This document shows, piece by piece, positions 1 through 14,100 of a stretch of DNA of 64,000 nt. A program made the translations under genes and the position numbers. The notes under the pieces are model-generated. The model saw nothing but the letters and a program-made list of their open reading frames with translations, did no database searches and had not been told where the DNA came from. The DNA is taken from the NCBI RefSeq assembly GCF_947568905.1, contig NC_079169.1, forward strand, positions 62,248,001 through 62,312,000, in the 5' to 3' direction. The DNA comes from Ostrea edulis (lineage: Eukaryota). Positions within the stretch are counted from its first letter, which is position 1. Each line of letters opens with the position of its first letter.

Positions 1-9
1 AGGAACTAT

Positions 10-162
10 CATAGGCGTAGCTTGGGTTCGAATATTACCGAGGCAGGGGGTTTGGGGGACTGCGCCCCCAGAAGCTATCGACATTTTAACAATGTAAAAG
101 GTGTTGTTTTTTTTTTTACCGAGGCAGCTGCCTCGGTTGCCTCAATGGAAACTACGCCACTG
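10..162. mobile_element. Small non-autonomous TIR element (CA..GGCG type), 5-bp TSD
   Basis: Ends CATAGGCGTAGC / ACTACGCCACTG, flanked by ACTAT on both sides; subterminal palindrome GAGGCAGCTGCCTC. Confidence 0.75.
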
Positions 163-910
163 ACTATTTGATGTTGGTAGCTGAGGCTACTTCCTGAGGT
201 GCACTCAGGCTGTTTACACACATGTGATACATACTGGTTGCATCGAATCATGGCCGAAAGAAAATAATTCCTGGAACTTTGCATGTTTTATGGGACTTTC
301 CTTATGAGGTAGGCTCTCCAATTTTTTGTGAGGTGTAAATTCAAGTATTGTGTTTGAAATTTTGTGAGTAGAAACCATGAAAAAAGGATTTAAATATTTT
401 TTTGCATTTTTGTTGTAGAGGTGGGTGATTTGGTTTTTGACCAGCTGATTTTGCACTGCTTGACTTCGATGTTGTTTTTGCGATGTCAGCAGGGTAACAT
501 TGAGCATTTCCAACAACGTTATTCGGCATTAGCGCGTTATTGGCATCAATTCTAACAGTGATCAATTACAACTTTCTCTAACGATTCATTCAAAATATGT
601 GATGATATCCTTCATTAGAGATCAAGCGCAAGGGGGGGGGGGTGTCAAAATTTGTAATTTTTGCCATTAATGTGCAAAAATAATTTTCAAAAATGACCAA
701 ATAAGCCGGTATGGGGTTATTTGAGTGTTTTAGTATAATACACAAAAATCATGACCATGCCAAGAAATCCCGTCCGGTCTGAATTCGTTGGCTTCAATAG
801 GATCATATTACATGCTGATTAATAGTAGCCGTTGCTTATCTTTTAATTATGGTCACTGATTTATAACGGTTTTTCTATACCGGAGATTTTGCTAGGAATT
901 TCTTGGCATG

Positions 911-954
911 CAAGGGTGACGATACAAGAGGAACACCGTGTATCGTCACCCTTG
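911..954. repeat. Perfect 16-bp inverted repeat (probable MITE remnant)
   Basis: CAAGGGTGACGATACA + 12 nt + TGTATCGTCACCCTTG. Confidence 0.7.
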
Positions 955-1104
955 GCTAGCGAAGATGCCGCGTTAAACGAAGAGGCGGATAAAATGTCTA
1001 AGTCGTGTTGCAAAATGTTGTTGGGCTTCGCTCGTCTCAACGGTCACACCGTACAACATATTAAATGCATAAACGTCAGTCCTAATGACGAGTTCCTGTT
1101 TAAA

Positions 1105-1265
1105 TAAAATATTTCGCGTTATATCGCGAAAAATACGCGTTTATTCGCGAAAAGTAAGCGTTTATTTGCGAAAGTTTCACGTTATAACGCGAAAGTTTCG
1201 CGTGCGAAAGTTATGCGTTCATTAGCAAAAATTACGCGTTTATTCGCGAAAGTATATTCGCGTGT
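1105..1265. repeat. Degenerate CpG-rich ~20-22-bp tandem repeat (TE-internal); a related fragment lies at ~40100-40245
   Basis: Repeated ACGCGTTTATTCGCGAAA-like units. Confidence 0.6.
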
Positions 1266-2049
1266 GTAGACCACATGTACATTTATATATACCTTAATGC
1301 ACTCTGGATTGGTTTTCTCCCTACTTCTTTGTATGAACATTTTTCCTAATTTCAAGGAAATGTCGCTAATTTTCCCAATTGGAAAGGCCCAAGCCCTTGA
1401 AATCAAGACCTTAAAAAACCCCTGAAAATACTGACAAAAGATGAATAACAACACTTCGTTAAACGTGACTCAAAATATAAGCGCAAATGTTATATAGGGA
1501 TTATAATTTTTTCCCCGATTACCCTCTTCTAGAACTGAAAAAAAATCACTAAAGAAAGTAACCTTTTAAAAGTTTTTAAGACATTCACTTTCCATTCATA
1601 ACTTTTTCCCCTCTGGTTGAATCTTTCGCATGTGTCGGACTACATTTACCATAATCCTTTTCCGAGGTCAGTGTGCGAGGTACGAGTCACGCGAGGAGTT
1701 CCGAGTGGTGTCCTTCAAGAATGGAATATACAAAAACGAATCTTTATTTTAAAAATTTATTTCTTATCTTGAAAAATTCAAACATCATTAAAAACGCTTA
1801 CCTTACAATTTTTTGACAAAAAAAAAGTATTTTCATGCTTTTTAAAGACAATTTTAAATCAAATATCTTATAGTTTAAATATTCGTTTTGTAACTAAATT
1901 AGTTCGTAAAAATCTTTTTACCTGTGTGGATCAGACCATCTCGTCCCATGATTGCCTACCAAACGACTGTTGGGGTTACTATGTGTTAGTTAGTCCAAAG
2001 TTCAAAACATCTAACTATCTTCCACTTATTTATCAGTCACTGACAGAAG

Positions 2050-2133
2050 ATGTGGCTGCTCCGAGAAAAGAAAGTTGTCAACATGCTGGCTTATTTTCTA
2101 GCTGTTTGCCTGTGTGGAATAGCATTTACGAAG
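2050..2133 (+). CDS. NPC1: NPC1 exon 1 (signal peptide)
   Basis: [28 protein letters not shown], then AAG|gtaaat, phase 0. A second in-frame ATG at 2083 could be the real start. Confidence 0.75.
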
Positions 2134-5100
2134 GTAAATTAAGTGTAAACTGTATATTCAATGAATCATGTCAAACAGTGAAACTTCATAAAGCATTGTA
2201 ACTAGATTTCCCCCCGCATCATATTGTTTTTGAAAGTGTTTTTGTAGTTGTATCTTATCAAACGGGGAATGATTCAGTTTTATATTTTTATTTTCCTTGT
2301 CTTTTAAACGAATACGTTTGTGCCGTGTAGGCTTTGTTTAAAATGTGTCAAGTTGTTCTAGCAAAGTTTTTATGGGTGTTGTGTTATGATTAACTGTAAT
2401 ATATTGTACGTAGCATTTGTCCAAATTACTTCATCATCATGTAAGCACTTAGCAGCCCATGTGCATAATTCACGAACATGAGTTAGGGATTCTATGACTA
2501 GCTTAATTGACACCACTAAAATCAGTTACAAGGCCAAAAATAGAAAATGTGTTTTCCTTGACATCCAATTCAAAATTAGGTTGGTAGGAAATAAATTATA
2601 TATTTTTGTCAAACTAGATTGGGCGGAAGACTCTCTCAGCTATTTCTATGTGCTATTATGAGGTCAATAGGGCATGGACATGATCATTGCATGCAAGTGC
2701 AAGTTATACCAGTTTACATTCAACGGATAATTCGGAAAGCATTGATACAGACTATTCATTGTAAATATATGGTAAATCGAATTACCACTTTGCCAATCCG
2801 CAGCCATAATTAGATTTTTTTTTATGTTTATCATCTGTTGTGTCATCGTCGCAAGCCACGCCTTATTGTCTCCATTAACACTCCATCAAGGAGGTAGGGT
2901 AGGGACTACCTGACTCGTTAACCGTGTCTAACAACAATGCTGTTGTGTTGGTTTTTAGTTTCTTCTTTTTAGCATCTTCAAACGCAATTTTTTGAAAATA
3001 TACCTTAGATAGTTCAAATTTATATATTGGGCAAGGCTAGTAACAACAACAAAAATGTCAAAAATTATGGTATGTTTCAGTTATATTAACATTATAAAAC
3101 AGGACTTGCACATGATAGGCTCATTTAATTTTTTCACTATAAATAGAAATGCAGCTTTTGAATATGCATTGATATAAATCACTTTCAAAGTAATAGTTGT
3201 CTAACTCCAAAAGAATGTTTTTCAAAGATATCTTGCACATTTATACATATTCAAAAATTTGTAGGGTGGAGCCATAGGGGTATAATTTAGGGTTGATCAG
3301 GAAATGGAAATGCAGCAGTTTTTATTTTAGGCCAAAGTAAATACCTGTCCGATCACGAGGCATTACCGTGTGCTATGAATTTGTTAATACTTTATCAAAA
3401 TCCTAATTTGTAGAAGTACTCCTGTAGTTTGCACATTATGCTTCCTTCTAGCCATAACAATAAACATTTAAGTTGATATTCGATAGATTCTGAATGCAAT
3501 ACGTACAATGCTACAATGTTTTATCTTTGTGTCAGTCTTGGGACGGATAAATATTTTGCATAAATGGATTTCTGACGATGTTGTATAAGTGGAGTATGAA
3601 AGTATAGTAGGATAGCAATTTGTACATATAGTATTGTTAGTATGTAGGTGAATATTGTGTATGAACTGTGCAATAAAGAGGTCAAACATAAAATAATGTT
3701 TCAGATAAGATTTGAGGTGAAGTTCATCTGACTTTTATACTATGTACAAAGCTACTTTCTCATATTGATTCAGTTTATCAGGGCAGTTATCAAAGGTTAG
3801 GCACACTCTCACGTGATTATCAGGTATCACAGTACATAAACTGGGTGATATTTATGTAAATTAAATGTATATTATATGCTGATGCAATATTTCAATATTG
3901 AATTTCCTGATCTTGTACACGTGTTTTAAAGTAATAAATAAGTAAACAAATATTATAAAATAATTCATATCTTTGAAAAACTTTCCTTCTTATTTTTATC
4001 TCCCCCCCCCCCCCCCTTTGTAATTTTAAAAGTATATTGCTTCACACTTGTTGGTTGCAGTGCTTCCACACACAGTTTCACTGGATTAAAGACCCTTTAC
4101 TTGGCACAAATCACAACATAATTTTTCCATTTATTTTCTTTTCACGATATAGTGTTCGATTCAGTACACTATAGCTCGTTTTAATACACCTTGTTATATG
4201 TACTTCAATGTATATTCTGCTTTTGACAAAAAATCATTTGTGAAAATGGCAAAAGCCCAGATCGGGTATTGGTTGGTCGGTCAGTTGATATTAAGGTCAG
4301 TCAGTCCTCCACATCTTGGATACAATGGATAACTTTATTTGTAAGACTTCATACTTGAAAGGCTAAGTTATATACATAAATGTGCAGATCAACCCTGTAG
4401 ATCAGTCTATTCAAGGTCAATATCACTACCAGGTCCTCATGATTTTTAGGATGTTAATAAAGGTCTTGATATCACAAAGTTATTAATATATAAAAATGTT
4501 TAAACATTGATTCACAAACTCCAAATTAGTACATTAGTACAAAAGAACTTAGAGATATGGTTTTATCTAATTGACATATAAGTATACTTTTTTTTAAAGC
4601 AACTATATATTATGCATTTATAATATGTAATTTGTATATGTATACAGACAGTATGAGGTGGAGATGTCTAGTTTACATGGGTTTGAATAGTTACACTAAA
4701 TGAATTCTTCATAATCTGTCATCACTGCAGTACAAACTCATGTGACAATGTAGAGTTGAGTCATTAGAATTCATTGTCACAGAAGTGTTAACAGTCATAA
4801 CTTAGTTGCCTCAAATTTGTGCATAACACAACACTTCGTAAATGATGTTAATATGATTTATAACAATAAGAAATGTACTTTACAAGTAGATTATAAATGT
4901 TGTGCTTCCCGTTATATATTCAATAACATGTACATGTACTTATAAACAGGATAAAGATTTGGACTAATATGATGATTTTTAAAAAAAAGAATGGATACTG
5001 GGTAATTGTTGATATAATTGCAGGCTGAAGAAGGTCAGTGTGTTTGGTATGGAGAATGTAAGTCTACAAAACCAGGGATGATTAATTGTCTGTACGAGGG

Positions 5101-8100
5101 ACCATCAAAGGTGATGACAGATCCGGAGGGCCTGGATATTCTGCGTACCTACTGTCCTGATCTTGTTACAGGTAAGGCAGATGAAATTGAAGGTAGATTG
5201 CAGCTGTGCTGGCTTTTTTGGGTTCAAAGTTACTTAGTAATGATCTGTGTAGGCTTCGTACAAATGTATTCCAAAGTTAGTTTCCATTTGGAACAATCTG
5301 ACTAAAGTGCAGACCTATATTGTGAATATATATATGATCATAATAATCAACGATCAGTTCCTGCTAGTACTTTCGCCTTACGGCTCTTCAGACAGTTTGT
5401 CTTGAATGTTCAAACATTACCAGCAGGAACTGATCATTGAATATTATGTGATCATTTTGGATTTTATTCTTTTAAATTATTTAACAACTGTGCCGATTTC
5501 TTCATTCATTTTTTTTTTTTTTACATATATAGATATATACATATATATACATACACACACAGGTTGCATTGGGAATAAACTGATTTAATGATATTAGAAA
5601 GTGTTTATAATATTATACATGTATCATCTATGAAAACAAGTTTCAAGTACCTGAGCTGGTATAATATAATTTCATGGGAATTTGATTATAACATATAACT
5701 TACGTCTCCCCTATGCTATTAATCTCTTTTTCGACTTATGGGTTAGGTAGATTGAAAAAATATATCCTATTGGGACAAAAAATGTAAAATAGCAACATTC
5801 AATTAATTTTGACCAATTCTTTTTCAGTTTTACTTACCAAAATTTGTCAATCATGTTTGTCTGTAAACTTCTCACGTTTTCAATTTCTTAAAATCAATGG
5901 GCCAAATACAAAGCATATGTAGGAAAAGAGGGTTCAAGTTTTTCAACTAAAGGATCATGTTATAAGAAAATCTGAAAATAGGGTGTGTTTTAGATATCTT
6001 TAGAACCACTGAACCAGAAAAGTCAAACCTTGTATGAAGAATTCCTTTTATGATGAAGATTCAAATTTGTTCAAACCATAAGGCTAGAGCCAGGAGGGAG
6101 CCCACAGTTGGGATTCATAGTTTTACTGTAGACTATTTTTGGATAATTCTTTGGAAATCTTTCAAAGAACCACAATGATACAGTGTTTTAAATTCATATT
6201 TTAGCATCGAGCTTGTAGAGAAGTGGAGCGGATTGTAAACCCTTGGCTAGCAAAGTTGCCTTATGTGTACACAGAAGTTTGTTCACACCATGACCCCAGG
6301 ACTAGGATGGGGCCACAGGAGGGTTTTATTATAGAATCTTCTCAAGAACCACTGAGATGCAATCTATCAAACTCATGCAAAAATACTGATACAGTGTAGA
6401 TTAATTTGTCCACACCATGGTCCCACGAGGATACTGTTTGTCAAATTGACTTGCATGTATCCTCATACAGTGTAGATTTAAATTCATTCTTGTTATGACA
6501 TCTGAATTGTTCCACAATAGAGGTTTAACATGGGAATACATATATATTTAAGGGAAACAAAAGGACTCAATATGATTGTGAATGACGACTTCTCTTGATA
6601 CAATATTGGTATATTATCATAATACATGTACTTGTGATAAAGTCAGTACTGCTAAACTTGCAACATAATTCTTTCAGGTAACGAGACAAAAACCTGTTGT
6701 GATGTTGATCAACTACGTACATTACAATCTAACATGGGACTTCCTCAACAGTTCTTCCTCCGATGTCCGTCATGTTACAACAATTTCCTCAACCTGTACT
6801 GCTACTTGACCTGTGGTCCTCACCAAAGCCGATTTATGGAGGTGAATGGAACTGTTCCCTCCGCCAAAGGCACAGCTGTTAAAGCAGTAACATACTATCT
6901 GACAGATGAATATGCTCAAGGAATGTTCAACTCGTGCAAAGATGTCCAAATGCCATCAGCCAATGAGAAAGCTCTCAGTGTTTTCTGCGGAAGACCAGCA
7001 GAAGAATGCAGTGCAGAAGCTTGGCTCACCTATATGGGCTCAATAGATAATGGTCACACCCCATTTGGAATTGATTTTGTCATCGGGGATAGAAATGTCA
7101 CAACATCAAATGGAACATACGTTCCTATGAACTACACAATCACTCCATGTGACAAGCGTTATAAGAATAAAACTGCATGCAGTTGTCAGGATTGTGAAAC
7201 ATCTTGTGCCCCCATTCCTCCAATTCCGCCTCCACCAAAACCGTGCACAATCCTCCATATCGACTGCTACTACTTTGCTTTTGCCATCATCTTTCTGGTC
7301 TTCAATCTTTTCTTCTACATTTACGTAATTTGCTACAATGTCATGATTCGGAACTCCTTGGGTGTTATGGATTCTTCATACTCCCATCTGGGAAGCGATG
7401 ATGAAGAATACTCAAGTGTCCTCTGTGTAAATGGTGATGGCAAAAAGAAACGTAGAAGTGGATCACAAAACCAGAAGTCTAGTATTCCAAAAATATCCCA
7501 TGCAGATATCAGTTGCCTGGAGAAAACCGGATCCTGGATGGAAACCGTTTTGGAAAACTTTTTTTGTTCTTGGGGTACATTTTGTTCAAAACATCCGATT
7601 CTGATACTAGTGGTTGGTTTAGTTATAGCTGCCGCTTTGTCTGCTGGGATTTCCATCTTCCAAGTGACCACTGATCCTGTTAAGCTATGGTCAGCCAAGG
7701 ACAGTCGTGCTCGGACAGAACGGGACTACTTCAATTCTCATTTTGGGTATAGTATGATTTACTGTGTGTATTTTACAAGCATAGATCCTCAGGGGATTCT
7801 GGGTTGACTTACTTAAGACATTTACACTAAATTCAAAAACGCGTACATATTGATTCAGTCAGTAGACACTCTACTTTTACTCCTCAATAGTCTTGCGTCT
7901 GGTTGCTTAAATTCTCCTAGATACATTTTAAAATTCATAATGAATATAGTAACATAAGAAATCTAGCTTACCCTATGCCTAAAATTTGTTGTTAATGATG
8001 TTTACACCCTTTAAGTTCATTTTCACAGTGTGCATCACCATACCATATAACGGGTATCTTCTGTGGGTGGAAATTTTTGCTATCCAATCCCAAAAGGTAG

Positions 8101-11100
8101 CAAAATATACTTTGGATTTCCAATTTCTGAGGTCCCATTATTCCTATCCATACCTATATTGCAATCTTAATTTTTGTGGATTTTTTCTATTCGCAAAAAA
8201 TGGACTCGCAGAAAATACCCGTTATACTGTATTTTTATACGGATTCATAAATTACAAAGTATTCATGTAAGAAAATAATTCCAACACACATTGAATAATC
8301 TTTTCACTTATTATTTTATTCAGATGATGAATAAACAAGTGCTCACAGACCACATATCAGTAATTAACACAATGCGTGTAAACATGTTAAAATACGTGTC
8401 TTATAAAATCACCGACTGTGGCTGGTTTTGTGAGGGGCTATTTCCTATGTTGTTGATAGTAACCTTTTTTGAAAAATGGCCAGTGTGTGGTTTTCAGGGG
8501 TGGCCAGTATTATGAAAATGTTCTTTATAAGGAATATGTAAGAAATTTGCCAGTACTTTCAAAATTGGTTAACGCCGATGGGTGAATGGGCGGTCTTCAG
8601 ATGGGGTAATATTGAGGAGTTTGTCTGTAAAAGTTAATGATTTGATAGCAAATAATAGCAAGATTTATGAATTGTTTTGATATATTTTACTCAATGAAAT
8701 ATGAGCAAATCAATGATTAAGGTTAAAATGGAGTTTTAAGTACAGCATTATTGGGTATATGTAATGGTGGATTTCATCTACTTATTGATACCCTATAGGT
8801 GATTAAGCATACTTGCTGAGGAAATACAATTGAATTATATGCAAAGGTCCACTAAAAACATGGAACTTTCCGATGTTTTCAAAATAACATTTAATTGTTG
8901 TATGTGTTTAGGAAAGTAATTTAACTAAAAAGATAAGGTGTCTTAATTCATATCAGAGTGTTGTACATGTATATAATCTGCATTTTCATGTTCATTATCT
9001 TTTTGTACATGTGATTTTTCTAAAATAAATATCTTGTATGAAAAAGGAGAATTAAAATAGGTGCCTTGAATATATATATTTACAGGCCATTCTACAGAAC
9101 CGAGCAGCTGATTATAACTCGCCCCCACAACAACACTTTTGTTCCACATACTTTGCCTCCCCCATCAGAAAAAATTGTCAATTACACCAGCTTATTTGAC
9201 AAGGAGTTTCTACACATGGTAAGTGTTATGGAACAAAGAACATAGTGAGACTGTGTCTTTATTTGGCCTTAAACAGGAGTAAAATCAGATTGAGCAAGCA
9301 AGAGTTATTTTCCCATAATATGAGAATTTAAGGACCGCAAATTGTACATGAAAATCAAAACTTGGTACCAGTACAGTTAAACACGGCTACAGCAAACACG
9401 ATTATAACGAATTAACACTTACAGTGAAGTAATTTTCATTCCCTGTAGTTTTTAAATCATATTATGAACTTATTGGATATAATGAATCAATTTTTTTGGC
9501 CCCAGCAGTTTGCTATAAGTATGTTTTACTGTATAATGCCTGCACTTAGTGTGTAAACAACTTGACCATAACCATCTAACCCTACAGAATATAGACTTCT
9601 TATTGGAACTACACTGAGATATATGCAATTTAGTAAAAAAAAGTCAAGATGAAATTCTATTGCATCAAATTCATACATCAGTGTTAAACAGTTGGACTTG
9701 GTCATGGTTTGCTCTATTACAGACACGGTTCGTTTATCGTGATAGATTTATAGATCTATCACAGGCACAGTTCTAGTGATGAAACAATTGTTGCCGACAA
9801 TCGAATGCCGATCGTTTTTGGCTCTTTGATTCCGATTATCTTTTTCATTTTTCATAATTGATTGTCGCCCGTGCATTAGTTGATAACTAATCCAAGATTC
9901 TTCTGACTGTTAACCCCGATTTCATATATATCGTGACATGTGCGGGGGGAGAGTCAGAGTGTATTGAAAAGTGGGAATTCAACGACACCAGCTATTGTCG
10001 CTGCTTTGCCTACCTTTAACAGCTTTATTTCGCGGGTTTACTATCCAAGACGCGCGGACTCAGTTATCGAATGATTATTCTATAAGTTAATCATGACTAA
10101 TACAATGCTATTGCCATGTAAAAAGCTCTAACACTGACAAATGAAGCGTCACTTAATTTGGCTTAGGGCGCCTCCTTGCAATTTGATTTCTTTGCGCTTG
10201 ACATCAGCACACACATGTACACAAAATTCTAATCGGCGTCAAAGTAGTCATGATTAACTTGAAGAATACTCATCCAATAACTGAATCCTATCTAGATCCG
10301 CAAAATAAAGTTGTAAAATGTAGGTAAAGCAGCGACATTAGCTGAATTCCCACTTTTCAATATGGAGTCCGCTCTGAATCTCCCACGCACAAGCCTCAAT
10401 ATAAAAGCGGGGTTAACAATCAAAGGAATCTCGGATTACATGTAATTGATAACTTGATATATATACGTATATCCCAACCCAGGGAAACCCAATCAGATGT
10501 CTGGATTTTTTCTTCGAAGTAAAACCAATCTTGATTTGTGGCGAGAGAAAAACACATTTCATTCCTCTTTAATAGGCTGATATCTGGATATTTGTATGTT
10601 GCACATATCCAGGCATAAAACTAAAAAGAAATAACCCGAAAAATAAAAAACATTTATGAACTGCATGTAAATATCGCTTATTGATCGACACAGTTCTTCC
10701 GATTATGACCGATTATTCAACACTACACAGTTTGTTTATCATGTGATGGATATATGTTGTTACATGTTGATAGATTATGCTGCTATACTTATGTTGTGTC
10801 TTTGAGGATTTTTAACTTTGATCATTTACATACAGTATGGGACTTGTGGAACCCCACCACCACCATTCTGGATGAATATTCCATGAAACTTCCTAAAACC
10901 ATCATTTTGAATGGACATGCATCATTTAAGTATACTTGTGCTTGTTTTAGACATTAGACCTGCAGCTGGCCATTGAAAACATCACTGCTGAATACAATGG
11001 CAAAACAGTGACTTTGAAAGACATCTGCTTCCAGCCCCTGGCTCCAGACAACACAAAATGCACAATCCAAAGCATTTTACAGTACTACCAAAATGACCAT

Positions 11101-14100
11101 AAAAACATAGATAAAGTAAAGAAAGGGCAATATGGATTCTTTACGGTGGCTGACTACCTTGACCATCTCAGTTACTGTATGCAGTAAGCACTTTGTATTC
11201 TCTTGTCATATTAGGATGTTAATCGCCAATGTAGATACTAACTCCCAGATTTATGTTTGAAAGATGTTCAAAAGAACAAATTCATTATGTATATTAATAC
11301 ACAGCAAATTATAAACTTGATGGTTATTATTTTATGAATGTTTCATTAAGGGCCCCAGCTTCGACACAAGACACTGTTGGATTAAATATGAGCTGTCTGG
11401 CAGAGAGTGGTCAACCAATCTTTCCTTGGATATCACTGGGAGGGTTTGATGGTAAGTACAATCATGGCTATCATGGAGAGGGTTTGGTAAACTAGTAGGG
11501 GATTTTTATGTTGTGTAGTGTTGGATATCCCAAAGAGAGTTAATGTTGGATATCACAGAGAGAGTTTGATGTTGTATACTGTTGAATATCACAGAGAGAG
11601 TTTGATGTTGTATAGTGTTGGATATCATAGAGAGAGTTTAATGTTGTATACTGTTGAATATCACAGAGAGAGTTTGATGTTGTATACTGTTGGATATCAT
11701 AGAGAGAGTTTAATGTTGTATACTGTTGAATATCACAGAGAGAGTTTAATGTTGTATACTGTTGAATATCACAGAGAGAGTTTGATGTTGTATACTGTTG
11801 GATATCATAGAGAGAGTTTAATATTGTATACTGTTGGATATCACAGAGAGAGTTTGATGTTGTATACTGTTGGATATCATAGAGAGAGTTTCATGTTGTA
11901 TAGTGTTGGATATCACAGGGAGACTTAATGTTGTATAGTGTTGGATATCACAGGGAGAGTTTGATGGATGTTGTATAGTGTTGGATATCACAGGGAGAGT
12001 TTAAGGTTATATGGTGTTGGATATCACATGGAGAGTTTTGGTAGAAGCTATACTCTTGGATATCTCTGTGAGGATTTAGTGTAGGGATGCTGTTAGATAT
12101 TATAGATAGGGGATTCATCAAGGTTCTTCCTACTGCCATGAAAGGGCAACTTGCCCCTTTTAAGGTAGTTCATTACACCAAGACTTAAACTTTTTTATGC
12201 TCCCTGAAAAATTTCAGGGGAGCACATAGTAGCTATTGTGTCTGTCTGAGCTCATATCTCTTAAACCTTTCATCAGAAATTGATCATAATTGAACACAGA
12301 TGTTCTTTGTGACAGACTTTCCTACCAAGTTCTCTTAAGGTCATTTTGGAAAGGTCAAGGTCATTCAGAACATATAAAAGTTCCTTATTTCAACAGTTTT
12401 TGAACAAGTATCGATCATATATCACACTGATAAGGAAATAGGCAAATGGCTTACTGACTAAGGTCACTCAAGGCCAGAGAGAAATATGTTTTTTAATGGT
12501 ATATACAAGTTCAACAAAAATTTTATCTATCTAACAAATAAGGACAAATTTACTTGGTTGATGATTAATGAAGACAAACCAGTAATTATCAAATTGAGTG
12601 AATATTTAGTGCAAACTTTCAGAAAAAGAAGTGATGCTTTAAAACTGCAAAAATCATTATAGTTTATTATTCATATATTGGTATAATACTGATACTGTCC
12701 ATCTACTTGTATATATACAAGATTAGCAATTCATATATGTATGTACTTGTTTCCCCAACATGCTGCATCCACATGCAGTTTGCAGTCTATGTAACCTGTA
12801 GTTAATGTAAACTTTGTTTCTTTTTTGAATTTCCTTCTTTATAAAATGTCTTACTGTTATGCCCTCTGGGCCCAAAATTGGAATAAACTTATCTTATCTT
12901 ATACCTTATGTATATAAAAAATCTTCATTTTAACAATATTTCAACAGTTATTGATCATTGTGAGTCTTTCATCATATTAAGTAGTTCATTTGTTAAATGC
13001 AACTTGGCGAGCATCCATCAGTTTTACTAATATTCTTGTCATGATGCTGCATCACTAGATGGTAATGATTTAAATGTTTTGTGAAGTTATTTACAAGTAT
13101 CTATCGATATGTTTTGTTTATCATCATAGCTCAGTGCCATGTTAGTGACCTGCAGTTAAATCCACCAGTCTTTTGTACATATTTATTAAAGTAGATGTTT
13201 GAAAATTGTGTATTTTATCTAAAATTGTCTAGTTTTAGCCATTTTGACCTATGTACTTGTAACATATCATCACATCTTTCATAATTCAAACCATTTTGTG
13301 CTGATGTGAGATTCTAATTATCTCCCATTTTACATGTAAGAATTTCTATTCAGTTATAGAAATTCCCTGAAATTCCATGCCTGTATTCTAAAAAAAATTC
13401 CCTTTAAAAATATGAAATGGGTGGTGAAATCTAAAATTTGGAGAAAATCCAGACTATTCTCTTGTATATCACTGGAAGGGTTTGGTAGAGGCAAAATCCT
13501 GAGATATCATTTGGAATGTATACTTTCCCGAGACAGTGTTGCACAAATGACTAGAATCAGAGAGTGTAACTTTCTATTAATGGTTAGACTTTCTAACTTA
13601 ATATGGAACTGAGTATCCCAATTTACGTGTATGATCGCTTTTCAGGAAAAAATTACAACTCTTCTGAGGCCCTGGTAATCACATTCGTTGTCAATAATCA
13701 CCTGGATGAAGATATGAATAAGAAAGCTGAAGCATGGGAAAAAGCATTTATTGAATTTATGAAGTCCTTCTCCAGTCCCAACATGACGGTGTCTTATTCT
13801 TCTGAGGTAAGTTTGGTGATGGTGCAATTGAAATAGAAGTGGCAGCTATTATCCCACCTATAACGAGAAGTTTGAAGTTATATCTTACATTTGACAAAAA
13901 AAAGAGAGATCATTTTCCCTTGATAATGGAAATCTTATCTTAGACTTTGTAAGTAGTCTGCCTTCGTATTTTAATTTATAGATGAATGAGAATATTCAAT
14001 GTGGTATCATATGATTAAGGAAAAATCCAATTGCCCATTTTGACTTCAAAAAAGAAAGTATTCATGATAGTGCGTAAAATATTAAAGCATTAAAAAAGAT

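Noticed and set aside
75-4900. Short ORFs from the six-frame track in intergenic and intronic DNA, here and throughout the window
   Set aside because: 60-140 aa, no recognisable motifs, mostly antisense to exons or inside repeats.
6672-6684. AG|GT at the exon 3 acceptor in both genes as a recursive splice site
   Set aside because: Explained by a split Gly codon; the downstream sequence is conserved coding.
11518-11928. 136-aa ORF of [12 protein letters not shown] repeats
   Set aside because: In-frame reading of the 36-bp intronic minisatellite.
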